From positions 241,616,001 through 241,680,000 of the forward strand of contig NC_086097.1 in assembly GCF_963921235.1 (NCBI RefSeq): a stretch of 64,000 bases of DNA. Direction: 5' to 3'. This DNA is from Mobula hypostoma. Lineage: Eukaryota. A model generated the notes under the pieces. The model was not told the origin of the DNA, did not search any database, and saw only the letters and a list, made by a program, of their open reading frames with translations. The stretch's first letter is position 1; each line of letters opens with the position of its first letter. Below, one piece after another: positions 48,954 to 62,821 of this stretch. A program made the translations under genes and the position numbers.

Positions 48954-51900
48954 TACAATATATGGGTCCATTTGTTTTAGAGCAATGACTACCCCCACAC
49001 GACCCCCCCTCTTAACATTACTCTCTCTCCCTCTCTCTCTCTCTCTCGCTATCTCTCTCTCACTCTGTCTCTCTCTCACTGCAATGTGAATACTCCAGTT
49101 AAAGCTATCTCCCATGTGCATGCTTTTATTTAATTGATATGTAGTTGTGCACAGACACAACAAATTGGCGACAAGTACGAAGCTGAATGTCAGAAAATAT
49201 CACAGACAGCACCAACAGCTACAGGACGGAACAGCGAGAGTTAAACAGTACGAGAAAGCCATCACAAACACTAACAATCACGTGAGTACAACGTAGTAAC
49301 ACTGAAGGACACGCTGAACTTAAAGTGAAAATAAAGTGGCAATAGCTTCAGTCGGGCATTTAATGAATTTGATAGCGCTAATGAAGGCAGGGAGTCATAC
49401 ATCGAGAGGGTTGAACTATATTGTATCACAAACAAAGTGGAAGAGCAAAAGAAAGCCCCTACACTTCTTAGCTTAATGGACCCAAGAACACACAGTCTCT
49501 AATGCAACTTAGTAAACCCTGAAAAGCCAGCAACCAAGTCGTTCGACAAAATTGTTACAAATTTACAAAATCACTTGAGCCCTAAACTGCTGGCAGTAGC
49601 TGAGAGATTTAGATTTTACAAAGGGAACCCATCAAAAAATGAAAGCATTTCTGAATACATTGCAGAATTGTGCAAAGTTTCCCAGTACTGTGATTTTAGA
49701 GATGGACTTTCCGATGCATTAAGGGACAGGCTTGTATGTGGCAAGCACTCAAATGAGGTTTCTGTCTGAAAGAGAGTAACCTTAAAATAGGCATTGTCTA
49801 TTGCAATATTATTAGAAACTGCAGAACTACAGAAAAGGAGGTTAAAATGTGAAATGCACAAAATGTCCCTGATCGGTACAAAAAGCCGAAGATGTTATTG
49901 ATGTGGCAAATCCTCCCACAATGCAAATGACTTGTTGGTTCAAAGAAAAAGTCTGCAGGAAGTGTCACAGACATAGAGAGGGTGTGCAAGGCAGATGAAA
50001 AGCACAACCAAGTGAAAAGTCTCAAACACAAAACTAAGCAAATGCATAAAGTTACCGAATGTAAAACTGAATCAGACAACACAGAGTCTGACAAAGCTGA
50101 ACTGTCATGCCTATAACTACATAGAATAACTGAAGCAGATCACAAAATCATCTGGATCGCAATAGATGTGTTCAGTGTAAAACTGAAAATGGAGCTGGAT
50201 ACAGGGCTAGCTTTGTCTATAATTTCAGAGTCTGACCACAACAGACTGTTTTCTAAGATCCATTAGAGAAGACTTCAGTGTTATTAAAGACTTATACAAG
50301 TGAAAAGGTGTCTCCCAAAGGCAAACTGAGAGTAAATGTAATGTATGGAGGCCAAACACAACAGTTAGAGCTTTATGTATTGAAATGTGGAGGGCCAGCA
50401 CTTTTTGGATATGAATGGTGAGAAAAATCCAACTAGACTGGCACTCAATCAAAGCTCGCAGTGTGACATCAACAGGCAATGGCAGCCTAATGGTAGCACT
50501 AACCAGAGACTGGAACAACTGCTTAAAGCTAATGAGAAGGTGTTTGAGAAGGGGATTGGCAAACTCAAAAGAATGAAGGCCAGAATTGAACTGGATGAAG
50601 CAGCAACACCAAGATTCCACAAAGCATGTCCAGTGCCTTATGCAATACATCCTAAACTGGATGCTGAACTACAGAGCTTGGAGGTGTCTGGAATTCTTTC
50701 CAAGGCTGTGGAGCAATTAGGCCATGCCGAGACCATCTCGGTGATCAAGAAAGGGAAGGCTGGAGCCATTTGCAGATGTGAGGAATTCAAGGTGAGCATC
50801 GACCCACTGCCGTGTACCGTTCAGTGTCTCCTGCCATAAACAGAAGACATTTTTGCATCCTTGACAGGTGGGGAGAGGCTTTCAAAGATTGACTTGTCAC
50901 AAGCCTATCTGCAAATGGAGATTGAGGAGTCAAGCAGGAAGTTCCTCACAATCAACACTCACAAGGGACTGTTCCAGTATGATCGTCTCGTCTTTGGCAT
51001 TGCATCAGCTCCAGCAATTTGGAAAAGAGCAATAGACCAAATTCTCCAAGATATCTCAGGAACTTACTGTAACTTTGATGACATCATTGTGACTGACAAA
51101 AATGATGCATAACACCTCCAGAGTCTTGGTAAAGTGCTTACCAGGCTGAGTGAGTATGGTCTGTGTGCAAAAAGAGAGAAATGTGAGTTTTTCAAGAATG
51201 AAATCTCATAATGTGGACATGTCATTGACAAGCGTGGCTTACATCAGTCACATGAGAATACTGAAGCAGTGCTACTGGCACCCAAACCAGAAAATGTGTC
51301 ACAACTCAGGTCATACTTGGGCCTTGTAAACTAATATCACCGGCTTCTCCCAAACATTGCTACAGTGCTGCATCTATTGAACACACTGTTACAGACAGGA
51401 GCAAAGTGGGAATGGTCAGAGAGATGTGAAGAGTATTCAAGGAAACAGAGACTAATAACATCCGATGAACTGCTCACCCACTATGACCCATCCCTGCCCA
51501 GCGGACTGGTGTGTGATACTTTCCCTTATGGCATTGGAGCTGTTTTGTCACACATTATGAAAGATGGATCTGAACATCTAATTGCATTTGCTTCGAGGTC
51601 ACTGATGAGCACAGATCGCAACTATGCAGAGATCGACTAAACAGCCCTTAGTCTAGTATGGGGAATAAAGAAGTTCCACCACAACCTCTACAGACAGAAT
51701 TTTACTCTAGTGACAGATCACCTGCCCCTTGTGTCCGTTTTCAATCCTGGGGGGGGGGTGGAATTCCATTAACGACTGCGACCCAGTTACAACGTTGGGC
51801 ACTATTCCTAGGAGCCCATTCTTATGACATAGAGTTCAAGGGTACCAAGCAACACAGCAACACTGATGGCTTGTCACATCTTCCACTATTGGCAACTGAA

Positions 51901-53629
51901 GAAGAAAAGGCTTCATACTGTGACCCAGTAGAAGTGTTCCACACCGCACTGGTGGACCAGTTGCTGGTAACAAATTCCGAAATACAAGGAGAAACAAAGA
52001 ATGACCAACATTTTCAAAAGTCTATGAAATCATCATGAAAAGATGGTCAGCTCATGGTGACCCTATGTTTCCAGAGTTCTCAGCGAGATGAGACCAACTG
52101 TCGGTATGTCAAAGAACGCTAATGTGTGGAACTCATGTTGTGGTTCCCTCTAAACTGCACACTAGAATTTTGGAAAATCTTTATGAAGGACACCTAGGTA
52201 TAGTCAAAATAAAGAGTCTTGCCTGGAGCTACGTGTGGTGGCTGGGAATAGATAAAGAGATTGAAGACTTGGCCAAAAGCTGTTTGGGATGCCAAAAAGT
52301 TCAAAATGCACCCAACAGGCATCATTACACCTGTGGAAGTGGCCATTATCACCATTGACTTTGCTGGCCCATTTATGGACTCCATGTTTCTGATCGCTGT
52401 GGATGCTCATTCAAAGTGGCCAGAGGTTATACCAATAAAGTCAACCACCTCAGCGAAGACTGTCTCCACCCTGAGGACAATCTTCACCAGAAACAGTTCA
52501 CTGTACTAGAACAAATTGTGAGTGACAATAGGCGACAATGCTCATCAGAAGAATTCCAAATGTTCATGAAGAAAAATGGCATCAGACATTTCAAGTCAGC
52601 TCCTCACCACCCAGCAATGAATGAGTTAACTGAAAGGTTTATCCAAACCTTCAATAAAACACTGGACTTAATTGAGCACTAAAACAATGGACAAGGAGAA
52701 CATTTCTCTACAGCACAATTTCCTATTTGTATATCAGAACTCTGTTCAAGTGATGACAAATCAGATACCTGCAATACTATTCATGAGCGGCAATCTGAGA
52801 TCTCGCTTAGACCTCCTGAAACCAGACCTACGGAGGGAAGTATAGAATAAACTGTTCAGCCAGTTGCCAGGTGAAGAAGCAAGGAGCTTTGAGATTAGGC
52901 AGGAAGTCCTAGTGTGTGATTACCGAGAAGAGAAGTGGACATCCACTAGGATAGCTACAAGAACTGGACCACTGATGTTGGAGATCAGACATGGAGACGT
53001 CATATGGACCAGATACTGGATGATAACTGAGTCTATTCCAACAAGATGGACACATTAAAGTCACTGGACTTACCTCTCAGTGGTGATGTCACTGACAGCA
53101 ACATGACACCAGAAACCAAGAACGTCGTCTTAGACAAGACACCTACCAAACGTGATGCCATTCCACAGGTCCAGAGACAAGACAAGAGCTTATCATTGAC
53201 AAGACACTGGCCAAATCTGGTGCCACTCCACAGGCCCAGAGGCATTATCCTGAAAGAAACAGAGCGCCACCCAAAAGACTGAATCTTTAGAACTGTGAGG
53301 TTAGTTATGGACTGTTACTGTGAAAGTATGTTTATTTGGAATATGTGTTTATGAAAGAAAAATTGAATGTTTTGTACATATACCATTTTATGTTTCATTA
53401 ATGGAAAGTGGGAGGAAGTGTAATGTATGGCACTATTTCTTTCAGAGCAATGACCCCCCCCCCTTAGCACTACGTATTGATCTGTTTTCTGCACATGTGC
53501 TGTTGTCCACATGTGCACATTGTTCTCTCTCTCTCTCTCTCTCGCTGCAATGTGAATACACCAGTTAAAGCCATCACCAGCATTGGTGCTTTTACTTAAA
53601 TCAATTTGTAGTTGTGCACAGACACAACA
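48954..53629 (+). mobile_element. Degenerate full-length Ty3/Gypsy LTR retrotransposon (gag-PR-RT-RH-IN)
   Basis: Diverged LTRs of about 210 bp (48954-49162, 53419-53629) both ending gtagttgtgcacagacacaaca; PBS-like aattggcgac; PPT before the 3' LTR. gag ERFRFY/DRLVCG, PR ELDTG, RT KIDLSQAYLQ/FDDII, RNaseH IAFASRSL, IN GHLG...WW...CxxC, IDFAGPF, VSDN. Confidence 0.9.
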
Positions 53630-54160
53630 GAAAGGAAGTGGGAAGAAGCCAGAATACAAAGATGAGGAGGAGTAGAAGGAGTACAAGCTGAAAGGTGATA
53701 GATGGATATAGGTGGGCAGGGGGAGGGGGGGTGAAGTGTGAAGCCAGGAGGTGATAGGTGGAAAAAGTAAAGGGTTGAGTAAGAAGGAATCTGATAGGAG
53801 AGGAGAGTGGACCATGGGAGAAAGGGAAGGAGGAGGAGAACCAAGTGAAGGTGGTGGCAGGTGAGGAGAAGCGAAGAGCTAAGAGGGGAGCCAGCGTGGG
53901 GAATGGAAATGGAGGGGAGTGTGAGGGGAAAAAATTACTGAATATTAGAGAAATTGATATTCATACCATCAGGTTGGAGGCTACCCACGTGGAATATAAA
54001 GTGTTGCTCGTCCAACCTAAGAGTGGCATGACTGTGGCAGTAGAGGAGGCCATGGACTCAAATGTTGGAATAGGAATGGGGATTGGAATTTTAAAAGTTG
54101 GCCACTGAGAAATCCTGGTTGTTGCAGATGGAGCGAAAGTGCTCCACGAGACAGATTGTA
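53630..54160 (-). mobile_element. Penelope-like element body and GIY-YIG remnant (continuation of 48392-48949)
   Basis: Purine-rich body as at 16780-17070, then ...VHGLLYC...LRLDEQHFIFHVGSLQPDGMNINFSN. Confidence 0.75.
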
Positions 54161-55599
54161 ACGCTTCATCAGAACTGAAGTTAGAAACCAAATACAAAAT
54201 GAAGAGAACATGAGGAATATCTCCAGTAGGGTGAAGACTGAGAGAGACTGGATGGCACAAAAGGTGAGGCTGTGTAAGTGATGAGAGTGGTGAAGACTCT
54301 TTAGTTGAGGTAGAGTTACCTTGAAGAGATGCAGCTTGAAAGAGATGAATATAGACAGAGGAAGGAGAGAACAAAAAGCCAATGTTGACAATATTAGATG
54401 TTGTTTTTTCTGCAAACATGAGAATGCCAGAAATATCTGGCGAAAGGGAAGGCAGAGTTAAAATGACAAATTGATGATCTTGGATATAGATTTTGATTTA
54501 GTCATCACATGTATATTGAAACAAAAAATGAAATGTCTCCTTTTATTTAACAACCAAAGATATGCTGGAGTGGTCCACAGGTGACATACATATTCTGGCA
54601 TCAACACGGCATGTCCACAATGTTTGGCAGAACAACATAGAATGCAGCGAGCAACAAACTAACCTACATTCTCCTCTTGAACCTTTGGGTTTCCTCCTAA
54701 TCCTCCGGTTTCCTCCCACAGTCCAAAGACATACTGATTAGTAATTAATTGGTCACTGTAAATTGCCTGTGATTCGGCTAGGGTAAATAGGTGTTGCTGG
54801 GTGGCGTAGTTCATTGGGCCAGAGGGACCTGTCCCACACTGTATCTCTAAATAAATAACTAGGGAAAGTTATGTTAAGTTACACAGAGAAGGAACTGTGG
54901 AGACAGCAACAGGAATATCTGTGATAAGTGGAGATGAAGAGGGTTGAAATGATTGATGGTGGCGAAGGCTTATTTATCAAAACTACTCTGCCTAGAGACG
55001 ATCATCCATCCTTTTCCATCTCTGATTTCTCCAGAACTGGGCAGTTCTGATGAAGTGGATGGGTGGGGTGGATGGTAGGGAGGAACGGAGCTTGTTACAA
55101 ATTCCTTACACACTGCGTCAGAACTGAACTGCGAACTCTGATGCCCCAGGCTGTAAGCATCCTGCTGACCTCTGTGTTACTGTGGTGCCCCGTAACCGTT
55201 ATGATGTTTACTCTATTTATTTATTGAGATATGGGGCAGAATAGGCTCTTCTGGCCCTTTGAGCTATGCTGCCCCAGTAATCCCCTGATTTAACTCTAAC
55301 CTAATCATGCGACAATTTACAATGACCAGTTAACCGAGTAACCATTCTGTCTTTGGACTGTGGAAGAAACCAGAGCACCTGGAGAAAACTCATGTGTTCC
55401 ATGGGGAGGACGTATAGACTCCTTACGGATGACATCAGAATTGAACTCCAATTCTGAAGAAGAACTCTTCCTTCAAGGTTAATTGCTGGAGACTTGATTA
55501 AGTATTTTAACTAACTTTTGCTTTGTTTTTGTGCTCCCAATTCAATCATTGTATCATTCCATTTTCCTTTCTGTGCACGGATTGGCATCAGATTAGGTA

Positions 55600-56597
55600 T
55601 AGAACATAGAACATAGAATAGTACAGCACAGTACAGGCCCTTCGGCCCACAATGTTGTGCCGACCCTCAAACCCTGCCTCCCATATAAGCCCCCACCTTA
55701 GATTCCTCCATATACCTGTCTAGTAGTCTCTTAAACTTCACTAGTGTATCTGCCTCCACCACTGACTCAGGCAGTGCATTCCACGCACCAACCACTCTCT
55801 GAGTAAAAAACCTTTCTCTAATATCCCCCTTGAACTTCCCACCCCTTACCTTAAACCTATGTCCTCTTGTATTGAGCAGTGGTGCCCTGGGGAAGAGGTG
55901 CTGGCTATCCACTCTATCTATTCCTCTTATTATCTTGTACACCTCTATCATGTCTCCTCTCATCCTCCTTCTCTCCAAAGAGTAAAGCCCTAGCTCCCTT
56001 AATCTCTGATCATAATGCATACTCTCTAAACCAAGCAGCATCCTGGTAAATCTCCTCTGTACCCTTTCCAATGCTTCCACATCCTTCCTATAGTGAGGCG
56101 ACCAGAATTGGACACAGTCCTCCAAGTGTGGCCTCACCAGAGTTTTATAGAGCTGAATCATTACCTCGCGACTCTTAAACTCTGTCCCTCGACTTATGAA
56201 AGCTAACACCCCATAAGCTTTCTTAACTACCCTATCTACCTGTGAGGCAACTTTCAGGGATCTGTGGACATGTAGCCCCAGATCCCTCTGCTCCTCCACA
56301 CTACCAAGTATCCTGCCATTTACTTTGTACTCTGCCTTGGAGTTTGTCCTTCCAAAGTGTACCACCTCATACTTCTCCGGGTTGAACTCCATCTGCCACT
56401 TCTCAGCCCACTTCTGCATCCTATCAATGTCTCTCTGCAATCTTTGACAATCCTCTACACTATCTACAACACCACCAACCTTTGTGTCGTCTGCAAACTT
56501 GCTAGCCCACCATTCTACCCCCACGTCCAGGTCGTTAATTATAATCACGAAAAGTAGAGGTCCCAGAACAGATCCTTGTGGGACACCACTAGTCACA
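55600..56597 (-). mobile_element. 5'-truncated CR1 with uninterrupted 309-aa RT C-terminus; (TTCTATG)n tail
   Basis: SGVPQGSVLGP and FADD motifs. Confidence 0.95.
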
Positions 56598-56799
56598 ATG
56601 CTGACTCTTATTCAGATTTAACAGTGTATAGTTGGGATTCCTAAATCAAGTTGTTTAAGGTAACACATGATCACTCGTCTGAGTGAAATAGGTCTCAGAT
56701 CCCTTTCAGAGGGAGTGTGCTAAATAACACCATTCAAGGCAGAATGACTATCAACAGTAATACAAAGATGACTCCAAAATCTGGCCTGGTGTTAAATAT

Positions 56800-57397
56800 T
56801 ATTACCTGCCTGTTACTTCCCCTCCCCTCCTCCTCTGCTTTTTCCTACAATTCACTCTCCTCTCCTACCAGATTCTTTCTTCTCCAGCCCTTGACCTTTC
56901 CCACCTTCCTGGCTTCACCTAGCACCCTCCAGCTAACCTCCTTCTCCTACCTCCCCCCCAGCCCCACCTTTTATTCTGGCATCCTCACCTTTCCATTTCA
57001 GTCCTGAAGAAGAATTTTGGCCTGAGCTATCCACTGTTTAATCTTTTCCATAGATACGGCCTGACCTGTTGAGTTCCTCCAGTATTTGGTATGTGATTTC
57101 CAACATCTGCAGACTTTCTCATGTTTATAATATTAAATATTGTTTTTCCCTTTTAAAGTTATGCATACATAACATGGACTCTTGACCTCACAATTTACCT
57201 CATTATGATCTCGTACTTTCCCTCCCCCCTCTTTTTTATTCTGGCTTTTTCCCCCTTTCCAGTCCCGATGAAGGGTCCAGGCCCGAAACATCGACTGTTT
57301 ATCCCTCTCCACCTGATGCTATCTGACCTGCTGAGTTCCTCCATCGTTTTGTGTGTTACTCTGGATTTCCAGCATCTGCAGAATATCTCGTGTTTAC
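56800..57397 (+). mobile_element. Two Penelope-derived terminal repeats with hammerhead-like motifs (about 57000 and 57261-57296)
   Basis: agtcCCGATGAagggtccaggcccGAAAcatcgact. Confidence 0.65.
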
Positions 57398-58534
57398 GAT
57401 CTTGCACCTTGTTGTTTATGTGGGGTGACACAGCACAGTAGTAGCTATCATAATGCTTTTCAGCATCTGTAGTATCATCCAATGGAAACTATATTTAAAA
57501 AGAAACCCCAGGTCCATAGGAGTATTTAGATGGGGGCTATAAAATAAATCAGTGACTAGTGGCTTTGATCGGTTGGAATTTTTCTGCCCCAAATCAGAAA
57601 TCCTCAGCATTGCATATTCTTGCTATCTACTAGCAATGGTCATAGTTCTAGTCTCACCCAACCTCAGTGGAAAAGCCCTGCTTGCATTTACCCCTCATAA
57701 TCTTGTACACCTCTAGCAAATTTCCTCTCAATCTTTCACGATCTAAATAAATTCCCAACCTGTTCAGCCTTTCCTTATAACTCAGGTCTTCAAGTCCCAG
57801 CAGCATCCTTGTAAATTTTCTCTGCTCTCTTTCAATCTTATTTACATTGTTCCTGTAGGCATTCACATCTGTAGGTAAGTCTTGTATGTTGATGACCAAA
57901 GTCAGCAAGTTCGGAGGTAGAGGGCGAGTCCAGTGCAGAGACTGGAGGTTGGAGGTCCGATGTTTGCAAGTCTGGGAGTCCACACCAGAGACTACAGTCA
58001 GAAGTCCAATGTCAGTGATTTTGAGAGTCCAGAGCCGAGGACTGGAGGCACTGAGACAGTCTGTCCTGGGGTTGGAAGTTTGAGTGTGTGAGTGAAAGGG
58101 ATTTGTTTTGTCCTGGTGATACAGTTTGTGTTGTCTATTGTGTTATTGTTGTTTTGAGGATGGTAGACATGCTATGTTGGCACTAGAATGTGTGGCAACA
58201 CCTGCGGGCTGTACCCAGCACATCCTTGGCAGTGTTGATTGTTAACACAGCAACTCATTTCACTGTACATGTGATAAATAAATCTGAATTTGAATTCGAA
58301 TGCAGCCCACGATATCGCCAAACGTTCCTGTGCCAACCTAGCATGCCCACAACACACGGCAGAACAACACAATATGCAACAAATCAATTTGGATGTGGGC
58401 ACAGACATCCGGACTACCCCAATGGATGCAGAAATTAAGACACCCAAACAGGCCCCTTTGCAACCAAAAGCACCAATTCAGTTATCTCCTGCTTCCTCTC
58501 CTGAAACCAGCAACCTAGACACCAACCTCAATGT

Positions 58535-60570
58535 TCAGTCAGTCAGTCAGTGGGTGCTGTCCCGAACCCGGGGTTGGCAGCTATGCACCTCCATCTTCTT
58601 CGATCTTGTGCTCTTTTTCTGGCCTCAGCATAATTCAACCCAGTCCATTGCCTCACATTATCGTACCAAGTGGTTCGCTGCCTTCCTCTTTCCCTCTTTC
58701 CGTCTGTCATCCCTTCCAGTAACAATTTCTGCAATCCACCACCTCTTAACAAGTGCCCGGCATGTTCCAGCTTCCTTTTCTGCACATTCTTCAGCAACTC
58801 CTTTTCTCTCCTCGCTGTCTTCAACACTTCCATATTACTGACCTTCATCACCCTTCTAATTTTCTGCATTCTCCTGAAACACCATATTTCAGTGCCGAAG
58901 AAGAGCAAGGTGGCATGCCTGAATGAATATCGACCGGTGGCTCTGACATCAATTGCTATGAAGTGCTTTGAGTATTTGGTTATGGCACACATCAAGCACA
59001 GCCTACCAGTCAACCTCGACACTTTGCAACTCGCCTACTGGAGCAACAGGTCAACGGCAGATGCCATCTCTCTGGCCCTACATTCCTCCTTAGAACACCT
59101 GGAGAATAAAGACGCATACATAAGGCTCCTTTTCATTGACTACAGCTCTGCCTTTAATACCATCATTCCAAATAAACTGATTCCTAAGCTCCGGAACCTG
59201 GGACTTAACACTCAGTTCTATAACTGGATCTTCAACTTCCTCACAGACAGGACCCAGGCTGTAAAAATAGGGGACAAGCTCTCCTCTACAATCACTCTGA
59301 GCACCGGTGCCCCACAAGGCTGTGTACTCAGCCCCCTGCTGTACTCACTGTACACCCATGATTGTGTAGCCAAGTTACCATCGAACTCAATATATAAGTT
59401 TGTTGATGACACCACAATTGTAGGCCATATCTCGGGTAATGATGATTTTGAGTACAGAGAGGAAATTAAGAACCTGGTGGCGTGGTGCAAAGACAATAAC
59501 CTATCCCTCAACATCAGCAAGACGAAGGAATTGGTTGTTGACTTCAGAAGGAGTAGCGACCGCACGACCCCATTTACATCGGTGGTGCGCAAGTGGAACA
59601 GGTCAAAAGCTTTAAGTTCCTCGGGGTCAATATCACAAATGACCTGACTTGGTCCAACCAAGCAGAGTCCACTGCCAAGAAGGCCCACCAGCGCCTTTAC
59701 TTCCTGAGAAAGCTAAAGAAATTTGGCCTGTCCCCTAAAACCCTCACTAATTTTTACAGATGCACCATAGAAAGCATTCTTCTAGGGTGCATCACACCCT
59801 GGTATGGAAGTTGTCCTGTACAAGACCGGAAAAAGCTGCAGAAGATCGTGAACACAGCACAACACATCACACAAATCAATCTTCCGTCCTTGGACTCACT
59901 TTACACCGCACGCTGTCGGAGCAGTGCTGCCAGGATAATCAAGGACACGACCCACCCAGCCAACACACTTTTCGTCCCTCTTCCCTCCGGGAGAAGGCTC
60001 AGGAGCTTGAAGACTCATATGGCCAGATTTGGGAATAGCTTCTTTCCAACTGTGATAAGACTGCTGAACAGATCCTGACCCGGATCTGGGCTGTACCCTC
60101 CAAATATCTGGACCTGCCTCTCGTTTTTTTTTGCACTACCTTACTTTCCCTTTTCTATTTTCTATTTATGATTTATAATTCAAATTTTTAATATTTACTA
60201 TCGATTTGTACTCCAGGGAGCGCCAAGTGCAGAATCAAATATCGCTGTGATGATTGTACGTTCTATATCAATTGTTTGGCGACAATAACGTATGAAGTAT
60301 AAAGTATTTCAAATGCCTCCAGTTGTCGTTGCGCTTCCTTGCATAAGGTCCACGATTCAACTCCATACAACAGACTGCTCCAGACGTAGCATTTCCAAAT
60401 TCTACAACGCAGCCCAAAGTCTAACCTCTTGCCACACCGCACATCACTCAGGCTCCAGTACGTTGATCTTGCAATCTCAATTCTTCCTCTAATTTCTGTA
60501 TCACATTTCCCATCCTCTGTGACCATCTGTCCCAAATACACAAACTTTTGTAACCTCAATGTTACACCCA
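58535..60570 (-). mobile_element. RTE-clade LINE 3' portion, split by a Rex1 insertion
   Basis: FVYLG...EIRGRI...LLYGVESWTL...[12 protein letters not shown]...[12 protein letters not shown]...AQDRRRWR; (ACTG)n tail. Confidence 0.85.
58892..60304 (+). mobile_element. 5'-truncated Rex1/Babar LINE (RT)
   Basis: VPKK...YRPVALTS...[13 protein letters not shown]...[13 protein letters not shown]...FVDD; one frameshift near 59560; TSD TATTTCA at 58885-58891 and 60305-60311. Confidence 0.9.
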
Positions 60571-61074
60571 CCTAAATTGGCCAATTTTCTTGAATGAGAC
60601 TGAAAAGATAGTCAGTTGTCCACTTGGCTTCCAGTGCCTCCAGAGTTGTATTCAATTCTTTTCTTCACTTGACGTCTCTGAAGGTGCACTTTTCTGCAGG
60701 CCAGGGAACTGATCAGAAACAGGGGTTTCTGTTCCATTCCCTGAAACTCCCCTAAATTGGGAGTGAAAAGTCCAGGTATCGTTCCCTGCCCACCAGTCTG
60801 GCTGAGATCAGGAACTCAGCAAAGAGCAAAATTTCAGTCATGTTCATTTCAACAAATTGCCATATCTTGTTAAAGCCATCGTAAATAAATCATTACTTTT
60901 ACGTGATATGTCTTACAATCTATCCTAATGAACCCTCTGGACAGATTTTCTACTGGCAGAGGTGAATAGGGAGAAAATTGATTTCACAATTACTGAAATT
61001 ACCACTGTTAGCTGTCTGCTGATTTTGACAATGTCAATAGGAACCTGTGTAGGAAAGCTTTTAAAGTGGAAAAG

Positions 61075-61540
61075 CTGGTGCACTGGGACAGCTCCACTCT
61101 CTCAACCTCAGAAGCCCTATTCCAGTGGTACAAGGGACGATCACAGCTGGAGACCTCCTTGGCTGCGTCGGATGATCATGATGTCTTCTGTGCCTCACCA
61201 TGCCCTTCGGTCTCCTGGAGCACTGCAGGGCTGCCTTCTTGGCTGTTGGATCTCACTGCTCATCCCATCTGCCCAGTCTACCGAGACTAACTTTGCGTGC
61301 TCGGATAGGTGTATCCCTATCTCACCGGCGTTTGAGGCTAGCGAGCTACCCTCGCCTGGTTTAATCCACGAATGGAAGCGGTGTACCAGGGTGTGACCGC
61401 TGTCGCATACAAACAGCTACTTGGAGCCACAGGTGAGAGCTGAGTGTCCGGTGAGGAACAAAGATGGATGATCTGTCCCGAGGAGGGCACAACAAGTCCC
61501 TTTCACCAGAGGTGCTATCCCTTCCTGAACACCCTATACA
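61075..61540 (-). mobile_element. Unclassified non-autonomous non-LTR-derived repeat (related to 43561-43862)
   Basis: Shares the block 'gatga..a.ga.gtcttctgtg...gccttcttg.c.gttgga' with 43750-43830. Confidence 0.4.
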
Positions 61541-61554
61541 GCCCTATCACAATT

Positions 61555-62218
61555 TACAATGTGAATTGTAAACAGCACCTCTACTTCTTTAGGAGTCTGC
61601 GGAGATACAGCAAGACATCAAAAACTTTGGCAAAGTACTATAGAAATGTAGTGGACAGCGTATTGACCAGCTGCATCACAGCCTGGTGTGGGATGACCAA
61701 TGCCTTTGAACAGGAAATCTTGTGGATTTAGCCCAGATCCTCAGGGGTAAAGCCCTCCCAACCATTCAACACATCTACATGAAAGCAGCATCCATCATGA
61801 AAGATCTTCCACCACCAAGGCTATGCTCTGTTCTCTCTGGGGCCAGCAGGTAGAAGATACAAGAGCCTCAAGACTCACACCACCAGGTTCAAGAACTGTT
61901 ACTACCCCTCAGCCATCAGGCTCTTGAACAAAAGGGGATATCTACACTCATCTATTGAGATGTTCCCACAACCAATGATCTTACCTTAAGGACACTTTAT
62001 CTTGTTATTTCATGCTCTCATTATTTATTGCTATTTATTTATATTTACATTTGCACAGTTTGTTGTCTTCTACATTGTCTTCTATGCTCTACTTGATCTA
62101 CAGTTACTATTCTATAGATTTGCTGAGGATGCCCACAGAAAAAAGAATCTCAGGGTTGTATATGGTGACTTATATGTACTCTGGTTATAAAAATTTATTT
62201 TGAACTTTGAACTTTGAA
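61555..62218 (+). mobile_element. Degenerate Rex1-type 3' fragment
   Basis: QHLYFFRSLRRY...YRNVVDSVLTSCITAW; tail (ACTTTGA)n. Similar 3' ends at about 40850-41485 and 47135-47640. Confidence 0.7.
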
Positions 62219-62821
62219 TTATACCTGTTTTTTCTATTGTGTTTATTAAACAAATGAGCAGATTGAAGATAGCTCCTCAATATCATGATACAATTATTGC
62301 AGGAAATAATTACGTGATTCATACTTAGTTACCATCTTAACGTGGGAATGAAATACCTTGAACAAAACTACATGTAACAAAGTCACTGTAAGTCAAACCA
62401 ATTTAAATTAAAGCAAAGATGTAATGCTGAGGCCTTAAAAGTCATTGGGCAGGCTGAACTTGAAGCATTGTGAGCAGTTTTATTTGAGAAAGGATGTGCT
62501 GGCATTGGAGAGGGTCCAGAGGAGGTTCACAAGAATGATCCCAGGCATGAACAGGTTAACGGATGAGGAGCATTCAGTGCCTCTGGACTTGTACTCATTA
62601 GAATTTAGAAAATTGAGGGAGGAACTCATTTAAATCTATTGTTTATTGAAAGGTCTAGAAAGGGTGGATGTGGAGAGGATGTTTCCCATAGTAGAGAGTC
62701 TAGAACTGTAGGGCACAGCCTCAGAATAGATTATGTCCATTCAGATGAAGAGGAATCTCTTTCCCCAGAGGGTGATGAATCTGTGGAGATGGTTGTGGAG
62801 GCCAAGTCATTAGGTATATTT

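Noticed and set aside
58670..58891. N-terminal part of the 325-aa ORF as a novel fusion protein
   Set aside because: Antisense RTE sequence fortuitously in frame with the inserted Rex1 RT.
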